From Sphingobacteriia bacterium (lineage in GTDB: Bacteria > Bacteroidota > Bacteroidia > NS11-12g > UBA9320): DNA of 64,000 nt. The stretch is from NCBI GenBank assembly GCA_008080835.1, contig VMDK01000027.1, forward strand, positions 1,514-65,513, in the 5' to 3' direction. The notes under the pieces were generated by a model. It had not been told where the DNA came from. It saw nothing but the letters and a program-made list of their open reading frames with translations, and ran no database searches. Below, piece after piece: positions 1 through 9,905 of the stretch; the stretch's first letter is position 1; each line of letters starts with the position of its first letter. The position numbers and the translations under genes were made by a program.

Positions 1-2
1 TC

Positions 3-1841
3 GCTTTCCAATCAAACCTGGGCTTGATCCAAACGATTGGATATGAAGAAGGTGGTTCCTTGAAGACTCCGCGCAAATACCTGCGCAAGATGTTGAAGGA
101 CGACAAGAACATCGACTATTTCGATCAGATCTACTACGAATTGGCGAAACTGGAACTCATGGAGAACGATAGTGAAGGCGCGATCGATTACTTCAAGAAA
201 TCCGCACAGGCTAGTGTGAAGAACGAAGATCAAAAGGCTTCGAGTTACCTTCAGATAGCGACCATGTATTTCGAGGATCGGAAATTCGATCTAAGTCAGG
301 CCTACTTCGACAGTACCGTGATGTTCATCAGCGAGAAACATCCGGAATACGAAAAGATCAAAGCGCAGCACAGTATCCTCACCGACCTGATCGACAATCT
401 GGTTACGGTCTATGAGCAGGACAGTCTCCTGGCTTTTGCCGAACTGCCAAAAGATGATCAGATGGCACGTATTCGCCGGCAAATGCAACGCGAGAAGGAG
501 GCCAAAGAGAAGCAAGAAGATTTCATCGACAACAGCGATCCATTCAATAATCCGGTGAAGCAGCAAAACAACCAGACCGTTGCAGGTGAATGGTATTTCT
601 ACAATGCCTCAGCTGTAGCTCGTGGTGGTAATGAGTTCTTGAGAAAATGGGGTTCCAGACCACATACGGATTTCTGGCGCATGCAGAGCAAACTGGACGC
701 GTTGGCAGCCAGTGCCCAATCACAGGACTCCGGAGGAGACGATGACGACGATGATGAGGCAGAAGACAAAGACGCGCTGACTTATGACGCAGCGAACGAC
801 GAAGAGAAAAAGAAATTCCTGGAGGATGTCGAGAAGGAAATGCAGAAGTACTTCGAAGATGTACCGATCAGTAAAGAAGCCAAGGCGGTCTCATTGAGTA
901 AGATCGAGAAAGCCCTGTTTGAGGTGGGAAAGATCTACCAATACAGCTTGAAAGAATACCAACTGGCAGTCGATAATTATCTTGTACATCAGGGCCGATT
1001 CCCAGGTTCGGAATTCGAACCGGAGATCTATTTCAATCTGTATAAGTGCTATGGCCAATTGGGCGACAGTACTGCAGCCGGTAGATATGCTCGCCTGCTC
1101 AACGAGAAATACCGCGACAGCAAGTTCAATGCTGTGGTCAATAACAGAAATGTGGTAGAAGATGCCGGTGAGGAAAAGGAAGTGATCGAGATGTATTCGA
1201 AGGCATATGATGCGTACAAGGCTGACCGTTTCAACGAGGTCATTCGCATCAAGAACGAAGCTACCAAGTCTTATCCGGGCAACTCGCTTCAAGCCAAATT
1301 CGACTACCTGTACGCATTGGCTATTGGCCATACTAAAGGACTGGACGAATACCTGCCTCTTCTCAAACAGATCGTAGAGGTGTATCCCGGAACGAGCATC
1401 GCGCAAGTGGCTCAGGATAATATCGACTTCTTCGAAAAGAAAAGTGCCGGAATTTTAGACGAACCGGCAGGTTCATCGGAGTTTGAATACAATGCCGACG
1501 ACATTCACTTTTTCGTATGCATCTTCGATGGTGGAGAGTTGAATAAAGTCCTCATCGCTTTCAGTGATTACAATAAAGAGAACCATCGCTTGAAGAATCT
1601 GCGTGTGAACGACTACACCTCAGGAGGTAAATACATCATCGCCGTGCAGCAATTCCAAAACCGCGATGAAGTAGAGAAATACTACGCCGAATTCCTCAGG
1701 AACGGAAAGTTCTATCAAGATCTGGGTATCCTAGCTCACGAGAATTTCATGATCTCTGCGAACAATTTCAAGATCTTCCTTCAAGATCCGGAATCAGATG
1801 CGTACAGTTATTTCTTTGTGAAGAATTATATTGAGCACTGA
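3..1841 (+). CDS. TPR-like repeat protein, 5'-partial (reading frame open to window start)
   Basis: The 605-aa ORF begins at a TTG at 24, but the frame stays open back to nt 3, so the N-terminus probably lies upstream of the window. Helical repeat-like composition. Contains an acidic tract GGDDDDDDEAEDKD. Confidence 0.5.
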   Translation, partial: AFQSNLGLIQTIGYEEGGSLKTPRKYLRKMLKDDKNIDYFDQIYYELAKLELMENDSEGAIDYFKKSAQASVKNEDQKASSYLQIATMYFEDRKFDLSQAYFDSTVMFISEKHPEYEKIKAQHSILTDLIDNLVTVYEQDSLLAFAELPKDDQMARIRRQMQREKEAKEKQEDFIDNSDPFNNPVKQQNNQTVAGEWYFYNASAVARGGNEFLRKWGSRPHTDFWRMQSKLDALAASAQSQDSGGDDDDDDEAEDKDALTYDAANDEEKKKFLEDVEKEMQKYFEDVPISKEAKAVSLSKIEKALFEVGKIYQYSLKEYQLAVDNYLVHQGRFPGSEFEPEIYFNLYKCYGQLGDSTAAGRYARLLNEKYRDSKFNAVVNNRNVVEDAGEEKEVIEMYSKAYDAYKADRFNEVIRIKNEATKSYPGNSLQAKFDYLYALAIGHTKGLDEYLPLLKQIVEVYPGTSIAQVAQDNIDFFEKKSAGILDEPAGSSEFEYNADDIHFFVCIFDGGELNKVLIAFSDYNKENHRLKNLRVNDYTSGGKYIIAVQQFQNRDEVEKYYAEFLRNGKFYQDLGILAHENFMISANNFKIFLQDPESDAYSYFFVKNYIEH

Positions 1842-1849
1842 TCCTCCAC

Positions 1850-4114
1850 ATGACAACGAAGAAATCCGACAAAAAGAAACGCTCACCTTTTATCACCAGA
1901 TGGATCAAACGATTATGGATCGTTTTTGGTGCAGGTATTTTGCTCTTCGTACTTTTCATGTTCGCCCTGAGCTGGGGATGGTTCGGGTACATGCCTGACA
2001 TCAAGGCACTGGAAGACCCAAGAACCAATCTTGCTACCGAGATCTATAGCTCCGATGGAGAAATTTTGGGCAAACTCTTTTATCTCGAAGATCGCACCAA
2101 TATTGAGTACTCCGATATCCCTGAGCATTTGGTCAACGCACTTATTGCCACAGAAGATGCCAGGTTCTACAAACACAGCGGGATCGACCCCAAGAGTATA
2201 CTACGAGCGGTAACGCTTCTTGGGAAACGCGGAGGAGGAAGTACCATCACTCAACAGCTAGCTAAGAACTTATTCCACCCGGAGCGAAGGAACAAGATCG
2301 AGCGGGTGGTACAGAAGCTTAAGGAATGGATCATTGCGGTTCAACTGGAGAAGAGGTATACCAAGGACGAGATCGTGATGATGTATTTCAACACGGCAAG
2401 CTGGGGATACAGCACCGGGATCAAATCGGCGGCCAAGACCTTCTTCAATAAGACCACCAGCGAACTGAACGTCGAAGAAAGCGCAGTGTTGGTTGGGATG
2501 TTGAAAGCACCGACCACCTACAATCCAAAAAGAAATCCGGAAAAGTCGAAAGGCCGAAGAGACGTGGTACTTGGGCAAATGAATAAGTACGAATACCTGA
2601 GTGATACGCAGTTAGATAGTCTGCAAGCGATCGAGATCGAGCTGGACTATAATCTGAGTTCACACGACCGTGGGATGGCTACTTACTTCCGTGAACACGT
2701 GCATCAGTTCATGAAGAATTGGTGTAAGGAAAATGGCTTTAACGTCTATAACGATGGTTTGAAAGTATATACGACCATCGACAGCAGGATGCAGCAATAT
2801 GCAGAAGAAGCTGTGAATGAGCATATGGTCGAACTGCAGGATCAATTCTTCAGAGAGACGAAGAGGCTTCGCGCAAACCCATGGAGAGATGAAGAACATG
2901 CTTGGAAAGAGGATAAGGATTACATTCCCAAACACCTGAAACGGACTCCTCAATATCTCGCCTTGAAGAAGCAAGGAAAGAGCCACAAGCAGATCATGGT
3001 GGAGATGGAGAAACCGGTTCAGTTGAGCATTTTCAGCTGGGACGGCGAGATCGACACGACCATGTCGGTGATCGACTCACTCAAATACTACAAGCAGATC
3101 CTGCACAGCGGATTCATGGCGATGAACCCACATACCGGTCACATCAAGGCCTGGGTGGGTGGCATCGACTTCAAGCATTTTCAGTATGATCACGTGAATA
3201 AACGCGCTACCAGACAGGTTGGATCAACCTTCAAACCGATCGTGTATGCCCGTGCTCTGGAAGATCGTGTAGTACAACCTTGCGAGTATATCCCGACCAC
3301 TTCTGTGACGTTCGAACTGGACGACGGCGACACCTGGACTCCTCGAAACTCTGACGACCCTGATGAGTCTGAACTGCGCGTGTACGAATGCCTGAAGAAG
3401 TCCCTGAACACAGGAACCGCTCGGGTTATGAAACGCATGGAGCCACAGTCTCCGCTCAAAGTGAAGGACTTCAGCGACAAGTTGGGGATCGATACGCGAA
3501 AGTTCGTCCCGTATCCGTCTATCTGTCTGGGAACGATGGACCTTTCGGTATATGAAATGGTCGGCGCATACGGAGCCTTTGCCAATCAAGGCACCTGGAC
3601 CGAACCGGTGTACATTACACGCATTGAAGACAAGCATGGAAACATCCTTCAGGAGTTCATTCCGAATACCACGGAAGCCATGAGCAAGCAAACGGCTTAT
3701 ACCATGGTTCAGATGCTTCAAAAGGTAACTGAAGGTGGCGGTACAGCTGCAAGACTGCGCTTCCGCTATAATATCCGGACTCCGGTCGGAGGAAAGACCG
3801 GAACCACCCAGAACAACTCAGATGGTTGGTTCATTGGAGTCACCCCGGATCTGGTTGGAGGATGCTGGGTCGGTTGTGAAGACCGACAGGTCCATTTCCG
3901 CAACACGGCATACGGACAAGGAGCCAACATGGCGCTCCCCATCTTCGGGATCTTCCTCAATGATGTCTACGCCGATCGTTCGATAAAGATCTCCCAGGAA
4001 GCATTCGAAAAACCGGAAGGAGAATTCGAGATCACCATGGATTGCGAAGCGTTCGATGAACAACATCAGGACGATCAGGATGTGGTGGATCCACCTCCGG
4101 GCATCGGACGGTAA
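1850..4114 (+). CDS. mrcA: Penicillin-binding protein 1A (bifunctional glycosyltransferase/transpeptidase)
   Basis: N-terminal TM segment. GT51 motifs EDARFYKHSGID and GGSTITQQLAKN. Transpeptidase region with STFKP (SxxK) and KTGT motifs. 754 aa. Confidence 0.9.
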   Translation: MTTKKSDKKKRSPFITRWIKRLWIVFGAGILLFVLFMFALSWGWFGYMPDIKALEDPRTNLATEIYSSDGEILGKLFYLEDRTNIEYSDIPEHLVNALIATEDARFYKHSGIDPKSILRAVTLLGKRGGGSTITQQLAKNLFHPERRNKIERVVQKLKEWIIAVQLEKRYTKDEIVMMYFNTASWGYSTGIKSAAKTFFNKTTSELNVEESAVLVGMLKAPTTYNPKRNPEKSKGRRDVVLGQMNKYEYLSDTQLDSLQAIEIELDYNLSSHDRGMATYFREHVHQFMKNWCKENGFNVYNDGLKVYTTIDSRMQQYAEEAVNEHMVELQDQFFRETKRLRANPWRDEEHAWKEDKDYIPKHLKRTPQYLALKKQGKSHKQIMVEMEKPVQLSIFSWDGEIDTTMSVIDSLKYYKQILHSGFMAMNPHTGHIKAWVGGIDFKHFQYDHVNKRATRQVGSTFKPIVYARALEDRVVQPCEYIPTTSVTFELDDGDTWTPRNSDDPDESELRVYECLKKSLNTGTARVMKRMEPQSPLKVKDFSDKLGIDTRKFVPYPSICLGTMDLSVYEMVGAYGAFANQGTWTEPVYITRIEDKHGNILQEFIPNTTEAMSKQTAYTMVQMLQKVTEGGGTAARLRFRYNIRTPVGGKTGTTQNNSDGWFIGVTPDLVGGCWVGCEDRQVHFRNTAYGQGANMALPIFGIFLNDVYADRSIKISQEAFEKPEGEFEITMDCEAFDEQHQDDQDVVDPPPGIGR

Positions 4115-4174
4115 TGATACATTTGATTTTCTGAACCACGGAGCTTGCCCACCTCCGGCAAGGCACAGAGGTCG

Positions 4175-4199
4175 GGGCACCTATGCCCTTTCTCCTTTT
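4175..4199 (+). terminator. Weak intrinsic terminator-like hairpin (GGGCA-ccta-TGCCC) followed by a T-rich tract, in a convergent gap
   Basis: 5-bp stem with 4-nt loop at 4175-4188, then tttctcctttt. Lies between the PBP1a stop (4114) and the stop of the LptD-like gene on the minus strand (4211). Confidence 0.3.
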
Positions 4200-4210
4200 A
4201 CCTAACCCCT

Positions 4211-6802
4211 CTAGTTGTCGTACCAGAATCCGCGACGGGTGAGTTTCAGATCCTGCAACGTAGCTGATTTGACACGGATCACGAAGTCGAAGCGGCGATA
4301 AGTACCCGTTGGGATCCAGCCAAAACTGAACTCCCAGCAGTGCAGATCGCGGAAGAAATCGATCTTGGTCAGGGTGCTTTCCTTGCGCTGGAAATTATAT
4401 CCCGAACTGAATCCGATCTTCCAGTTCTCGGTGAGTTTGACATCACCGTTAAAGGTGACCGTTTGTTCCTTTCGTGCTTCTTCGTCAAATGAGCGACTGA
4501 AGTTGAAACTGTAGCTCAAATTCAGACTCCATGGGATGTTGAAATCCACGAAATACTGACTGTACGCGTTGATCACCTCCAGCTCCTCTTCAGAAGCATT
4601 GGGTGAGGTCTTGGGTTTCAATGCCTGAGGATTCAGGTTCGTGCTCAGCGACAGTCGAGAGGATGTCATCCTCACGAGCTTGCCATTATTGATCGAGAAA
4701 TCGTTGATGCGCACATTGCGACTGCGCGTTGAGTCATACGTAAAGTCGTATGGGTCAAATCCGGCGCTGAAGGTGAACCGTAGCATTTTGAAGAGTGTGG
4801 TGTTACCGCTCATGCTGATGTTGCGCAGGTTGAGTGAATCGGCCAGGAAGTTGTATCCGGAACTTACATTCAAAGACTCGATGATCTTGACCTTCTTCAA
4901 GCCACCATTGGACGTGTCCTTTTCACTTCGGACCTTGATCTCCAGGTTGTTTCCGATCGACATATTCAAGGCTCCGTTGGCTCCACCCGATGGTGCACCC
5001 AGGATACCACCTTCGAAGATGGAGTACCATTGCGTGTTGCCCGCGGTGTCAGATTGTACTTCGCGATATCCGAAGCGCTCCTGCTCATTATACTGCGGAG
5101 CCCAGGAACCACTCAGTGTCGGTCGCATCACGTGCCGGATGGCGTAAAGCTTACCCTTCCTGAATTGCTTGAATCCATAAATGGTCGTGTTCATACTGAT
5201 GCTCGCCGAGTAGGTCGAAGCACGCTGGAACCCTCGCACATCACGGGTGATTAGCGTATCATTCTCCCAGCTCTTTTCGATGGTTTTAAAATACCAGTGA
5301 TCGGCGAAGTTGACCGATGGGGAGATGTTGAAATATTTGAACGCCTTGAATGATGTGGAGAATGGCATGCTGTGCTTCACTCCAAACCGAATATTTTCCT
5401 GCACGTCCGGATGAAAGCGCATGACGCCATTGTTGCGCTCAATGATGGAATCCTGATTGATCTGCAGGCTGTTCTGCAACTGCGACTGGTAGCTGATACC
5501 GAAATTCCGCAATGCCTTTTTCTTGCTCCTTGGACCGGAGAGATTGGCAAACGGTTGGATCCTGACCAGGTTCACGTTCATATCAGGTAAACGCATGTTG
5601 AGCTCACCCGTTCCCAGGTTCTGGTCGATCCTTCCACTCGTGCTAAAGTTCAACTTCCGATTCAGAAATGAGCGCGAGTAGTTCACACTACTGTTGGCAT
5701 TGGTCGCGAGGATGTCGTTCACCTCTTGAGAGTTGTTCCGCAATTGGTTTCGCGAAACAAAGTTCACGTTTGCGCTGAAGTTGGTACCGGGTTTTGACTT
5801 CCCGTCCTTGGTATAGTTCCAACGAACGGCATAATCGTTACTCACGGTATAGTCCGGGGCTTCCTTTTCTCCAAAGAAGTTCTTGTTGAAATCAAAGGCC
5901 ACCTGACCGCTGTACTTGTATCTGCGGCGGTATCTCGACACCAGGTGAAATCCATAACTTCCCCTGAAGTAGATATCTCCCGTAAGTTTGAGATCGAAGT
6001 AGTCATTCACCGGGAAATAATAGCCCCAGTTATTCAGGTAAAAACCGCGGTCCACTGTCTCTCCATAGCTTCCGATCACCACACCTTTGGACCTGGCTTT
6101 GTTTATCGGGAAGAATGCAAAAGGCACGAACAATGGTGTATTCACTCCTTCTATGACCAAGTTGGCCGGACCACTGACTACTTGACTTCTGTCGACCACT
6201 TTGAACTTATCCGCTTCGATCCAGAAATGTGGTTCGGGAGCTTTACAAGTAGTGAAGGTTGCACCTTTCAAGTAGGTATTCCCGGTCGAATCACGCAGGA
6301 TCTTCTTACCGCGCAAAACGCCATCGGATTCCGTTGTGAGCACACCGCTGCTGATCCCTTTCTTCGTCTTAAAATTATACCACATCTCCTCAGCGTGATA
6401 GACCTTTCCTTCCGAAGTGAAGATCGGTTCACCCTGAACGATCCCGGCGCTGTCTTTGACCCCTACCGCATGAAGATCATTGGTCGCGAAGTCGACTTCA
6501 ATGAAATCGGCCTCCAACTTCATGTCGCCATACACGACTACAGCTTTGCCGTATAAATAGACTTTCTTACCCGGCACATTCAATCGCACCGAATCGCGTG
6601 ATTTGTAATCTACCACGGTTTCAAGCCCTCCTTTAGCCGGTTTGATCGAGAGCGAAAAACTGTCTTCTCCGATCCTCGAGGAATCAGCGATAACCATAGC
6701 GGAATCGGGGATAACCAAGGCAGAATCCACCTGTGCTTGTACGTTTCTACATACAAATAGTGCAATGAATGTGAAGACTATGGTGCTGAGATGCGTTCGC
6801 AC
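4211..6802 (-). CDS. lptD: LPS-assembly outer membrane protein, LptD/OstA-like
   Basis: 863 aa with signal peptide. N-terminal OstA-like segment (KVYLYGKAVVVYGDMKLEADFIEVD). Long C-terminal region with alternating beta-strand pattern. Sits beside an amidase gene, as is common for lptD in Bacteroidetes. The identification is by recollection, not by search. Confidence 0.5.
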   Translation of the reverse strand: MRTHLSTIVFTFIALFVCRNVQAQVDSALVIPDSAMVIADSSRIGEDSFSLSIKPAKGGLETVVDYKSRDSVRLNVPGKKVYLYGKAVVVYGDMKLEADFIEVDFATNDLHAVGVKDSAGIVQGEPIFTSEGKVYHAEEMWYNFKTKKGISSGVLTTESDGVLRGKKILRDSTGNTYLKGATFTTCKAPEPHFWIEADKFKVVDRSQVVSGPANLVIEGVNTPLFVPFAFFPINKARSKGVVIGSYGETVDRGFYLNNWGYYFPVNDYFDLKLTGDIYFRGSYGFHLVSRYRRRYKYSGQVAFDFNKNFFGEKEAPDYTVSNDYAVRWNYTKDGKSKPGTNFSANVNFVSRNQLRNNSQEVNDILATNANSSVNYSRSFLNRKLNFSTSGRIDQNLGTGELNMRLPDMNVNLVRIQPFANLSGPRSKKKALRNFGISYQSQLQNSLQINQDSIIERNNGVMRFHPDVQENIRFGVKHSMPFSTSFKAFKYFNISPSVNFADHWYFKTIEKSWENDTLITRDVRGFQRASTYSASISMNTTIYGFKQFRKGKLYAIRHVMRPTLSGSWAPQYNEQERFGYREVQSDTAGNTQWYSIFEGGILGAPSGGANGALNMSIGNNLEIKVRSEKDTSNGGLKKVKIIESLNVSSGYNFLADSLNLRNISMSGNTTLFKMLRFTFSAGFDPYDFTYDSTRSRNVRINDFSINNGKLVRMTSSRLSLSTNLNPQALKPKTSPNASEEELEVINAYSQYFVDFNIPWSLNLSYSFNFSRSFDEEARKEQTVTFNGDVKLTENWKIGFSSGYNFQRKESTLTKIDFFRDLHCWEFSFGWIPTGTYRRFDFVIRVKSATLQDLKLTRRGFWYDN

Positions 6803-6925
6803 TTGGTTTTAACCAATATCTTTGTGGTACGTAGTTGAGAACGCGGTCAAAGCTAACTAATTATGCCTTGACAGAAGTAATGAAGCTCGACAAACAATCG
6901 TTCTATCTTTACCAACCTACACGCA

Positions 6926-7717
6926 ATGAAACGGCTTGTGACTTCCATATTCCTGATCTCGGCATTCGTGCTCGTCGCGTCCCATCCGTTGAATATGCAA
7001 AAAACCGAGCTGAAGACAGTGGTGATCGACGCGGGACATGGCGGCAAGGATCCGGGTTGCATAGGCGCGGCAAAAAGGTCGTTTGAAAAAGATGTGGCAT
7101 TGGACATCGCGTTGCGCTTAGGTAAGCTCATCAAACAAAAGATGCCAGAGTTGAATGTCATCTATACCCGCAAATCCGACGTGTTCGTCCCACTTTGGAA
7201 ACGGGCCAGTATCGCCAACAAGAACCGGGCTGACCTGTTCATCTCCATTCACTGCAATGCCAACGAAAGTGGCACCTTACACGGGACTGAAAGCTACGTC
7301 ATGGGAATTCACAAATCGGAACAGAATCTGAATGTGAGTAAAAGAGAGAATGCTTCCATCCTTTTGGAAGAGGATTACAAGAACAACGAAAACTATAATG
7401 GTTTCGATCCGGAGTCAGACGAAGCACATATCATCTTCTCGCTATACCAGAATGCGTATCGCGAGCAAAGCTTAGAGTTAGCCGGGAAGTTCCAGGATGT
7501 GATCGAAACGAAGAAGATCCGACGGAATCTGGGTGTAAAAGAGGCCGGATTCCTGGTCTTGTGGCGCACTGCGATGCCGAGTATTCTTGTTGAAACTGGC
7601 TTTCTGACCAATGCACAGGAGCAGGAATTCCTCCTCTCCGAGAAAGGAAAATCGAACTTATCGGAGTCCATTTTCATGGCTTTGAGGTCTTACAAGAACG
7701 AACTGGAGGCCAACTAG
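6926..7717 (+). CDS. N-acetylmuramoyl-L-alanine amidase (Amidase_3 family)
   Basis: Signal peptide. Motifs VVIDAGHGGKDPG...IHCNA...GFLTN match the AmiC/CwlV-type zinc amidase domain. Confidence 0.85.
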   Translation: MKRLVTSIFLISAFVLVASHPLNMQKTELKTVVIDAGHGGKDPGCIGAAKRSFEKDVALDIALRLGKLIKQKMPELNVIYTRKSDVFVPLWKRASIANKNRADLFISIHCNANESGTLHGTESYVMGIHKSEQNLNVSKRENASILLEEDYKNNENYNGFDPESDEAHIIFSLYQNAYREQSLELAGKFQDVIETKKIRRNLGVKEAGFLVLWRTAMPSILVETGFLTNAQEQEFLLSEKGKSNLSESIFMALRSYKNELEAN

Positions 7718-7783
7718 GTGGTGAACTAACCTTCTTTTAACAGCTTGTGTAAACTTAGGAAACACAAGGCAATGCAGAAATAC

Positions 7784-7791
7784 TATTTTTG
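7784..7791 (+). promoter_or_regulatory. Putative Bacteroidetes -7 element TATTTTTG upstream of the mlaD-like gene
   Basis: Matches the TAnnTTTG consensus 17 nt upstream of the ATG at 7808. No convincing -33 TTG at the proper spacing. Confidence 0.2.
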
Positions 7792-7807
7792 AAGAGCTGA
7801 ACGAAGC

Positions 7808-8791
7808 ATGAAAATTTCGAACGAAACGAAAGTCGGGGTCCTCGCGGCCGTCTCAATTACCATCCTGATCCTGGGATATAATTTCATGAAAGGAGAAGAC
7901 CTCTTTTCAAACAGCAACACGTATTATGCTGTATACCAAAAAGTGGATGGACTGTTTCGATCGAACCCAGTGGTGGTAAATGGTTATACGGTAGGCCATG
8001 TGAGCAGCGTAGACATGGATGTCTCCAATCTCGACCTGATCGTAGGTATTAGCGTGCCATCCGACATCAAGATCCCGAACAACTCCGTTTTCAAGATCAC
8101 CAACAACGACCTGGTGGGTAGTAAAGCCATAGAGATCATGATGGGAGATGACTCGACCGGCTATGCTCAATCCGGTGACACGCTGAGCAGCCGCAAAGAT
8201 GCAGGTATCGAACAAGCCATCACCAGTGTGCTCACTCCCCTTTCGGAAAAAGTGAATAACGTCCTGAGCAATATCGACACAGCCATCTCGGATGTGAGTT
8301 TGCAAACGACACTCAACGATCTGAGTGCAACCTTAACTGCATTCCAGCTCACCACTGTTCGATTGAACGCGATCCTCGAAGGAAATACCGAGAAGATCGG
8401 TTTGATCATCGACAACGTGAATAAGATGAGCGCTGATCTCAAAGAAAGCACCCCAAAGGTCAAAGACATCATCGCCAATCTCGACCAAACGTCCAAAGAC
8501 CTGAAAGCGTTAGATCTGAAAGGGATCACCAAGGATCTTGCAGCTACCATTCAGGAGCTGAAGAGCACCCTAGAGAAGCTTCAAAGTGACGATGGCACGA
8601 TCGGCAAATTGGCATCTAGTGATGAACTCTATCAGGAGTTGATGTCCACGCTTCATTCAGTTGACAGTCTGGCCAATGATGTCATCAAATACCCAAGAAG
8701 GTATACGGGCATTACAGATGGACAGCGCAAAAAAGGTGACAAGCAAAAAGAGGTGAACGAAGGAATCAAACTCCCTACCGAGACCAAATAG
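7808..8791 (+). CDS. MlaD/Mce-family protein (phospholipid transport substrate-binding component)
   Basis: N-terminal TM helix followed by an MCE domain (VDGLFRSNPVVVNGYTVGHV). Long coiled-coil-like C-terminus typical of Bacteroidetes MlaD-like proteins. Confidence 0.6.
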   Translation: MKISNETKVGVLAAVSITILILGYNFMKGEDLFSNSNTYYAVYQKVDGLFRSNPVVVNGYTVGHVSSVDMDVSNLDLIVGISVPSDIKIPNNSVFKITNNDLVGSKAIEIMMGDDSTGYAQSGDTLSSRKDAGIEQAITSVLTPLSEKVNNVLSNIDTAISDVSLQTTLNDLSATLTAFQLTTVRLNAILEGNTEKIGLIIDNVNKMSADLKESTPKVKDIIANLDQTSKDLKALDLKGITKDLAATIQELKSTLEKLQSDDGTIGKLASSDELYQELMSTLHSVDSLANDVIKYPRRYTGITDGQRKKGDKQKEVNEGIKLPTETK

Positions 8792-8799
8792 TCACAGGA

Positions 8800-9831
8800 T
8801 CAATTCAGGCCCTGCAACTCGCTCAATAATTCCGGACCACGATAGATGAATCCAGTGTAGATCTGCACAAGGTCCGCACCGGCGTCGATCTTTTTTTGCG
8901 CATCGGCTCCGCTCATGATGCCTCCCACTCCTATGACAAGCATGTCAGGAGCGATCTCTTTGATCCGTGATATCATCGCAGTGCTACGCTCAATGAGTGG
9001 TGCGCCGCTCAGACCTCCGTTTCCGATAGCATCCAAGTGAGAATTGCTTGTCTTCAGACCTTCTCGTTCAATCGTAGTGTTGGACACAATGATACCGGTC
9101 AGGCCATTCTCGGCACAAAGCCCGGTGATCTGCTCGAGTAGCGCATCATTCATATCCGGTGCGATCTTTAATAGGATCGGTTTTGGCGCAGTGTTCAGCG
9201 TTTCACAAAGCTCCGTTTCGGCAGCTCGCAAGGTTTTGAACAGTTTTTCGAGTGGTTCTTTTTCCTGAAGCTCTCTCAGGTTAGGAGTGTTTGGTGAGCT
9301 TACGTTCACAACGAAGTAGTCAACATAGGGAAACAATGCCCGATAACAATAGTCGTAATCGCTGGCGGCATCTTCATTGGGAGTCACTTTGTTCTTCCCG
9401 ATGTTCCCTCCGATGATCAGGTCCCGGCCATTCTTCGCGCGATAGGCTTTGAGTCGTTCAGCGATCAGATCGGCCCCGTCATTGTTAAAGCCCATTCTAT
9501 TGATCAGTGCATGGTCGGCAGGTAAGCGGAACAACCGAGGCTTTGGATTCCCATCCTGGGGTTTAGGAGTCACCGTTCCGATCTCTACAAAGCCAAAACC
9601 CAGGTCTCTCAGTTCCTTCAGATAGGTCGCATTTTTATCAAATCCGGCGGCCATACCAAAGCGAGATGGAAATTCCAAACCCATGCAGGAGTAAGTTCCT
9701 GAGGTTCGTTTGTTGTATACGACCCTTCGCAACAAGGGTAGCTTATTCAAGGTTTTGAGCGTCTTCATGGTAAACCCATGCGCGCGTTCCGCAGGTAACA
9801 AAAAAAGAAGTCGCTTGATCAGTTCGTACAT
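8800..9831 (-). CDS. pyrD: Dihydroorotate dehydrogenase (quinone), class 2
   Basis: N-terminal membrane-association helix, FGMAAGFDKN, GFGFVEIGTVTP, and a C-terminal GxGGI FMN-binding region. 343 aa. Confidence 0.9.
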   Translation of the reverse strand: MYELIKRLLFLLPAERAHGFTMKTLKTLNKLPLLRRVVYNKRTSGTYSCMGLEFPSRFGMAAGFDKNATYLKELRDLGFGFVEIGTVTPKPQDGNPKPRLFRLPADHALINRMGFNNDGADLIAERLKAYRAKNGRDLIIGGNIGKNKVTPNEDAASDYDYCYRALFPYVDYFVVNVSSPNTPNLRELQEKEPLEKLFKTLRAAETELCETLNTAPKPILLKIAPDMNDALLEQITGLCAENGLTGIIVSNTTIEREGLKTSNSHLDAIGNGGLSGAPLIERSTAMISRIKEIAPDMLVIGVGGIMSGADAQKKIDAGADLVQIYTGFIYRGPELLSELQGLN

Positions 9832-9905
9832 TCTAGCTGCGAATATATCCTTCGTCCTGTTTCTTCAGAGTCTATTTCTATTTTTGTGCCCCAAAGAAAC
9901 GAGGC

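Noticed and set aside
891-1406. 171-aa minus-strand ORF inside the TPR-like gene
   Set aside because: Antisense overlap with a better-supported gene. Low-complexity translation.
24-1841. Poly-Asp tract (DDDDDDEAEDKD) in the TPR-like protein as a possible slippage locus
   Set aside because: The codons are mixed GAC/GAT rather than a pure nucleotide repeat. It is more likely an ordinary acidic linker.
4115-4210. Possible tRNA in the 96-nt convergent gap, and the same check in other gaps over 70 nt
   Set aside because: No T-loop (GTTCRANYC) or acceptor-stem pairing was found in any intergenic region scanned. No tRNA or rRNA genes in the window.
5945-6556. 203-aa plus-strand ORF inside the LptD-like gene
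   Set aside because: Antisense to a gene with signal peptide and domain logic. No motifs.
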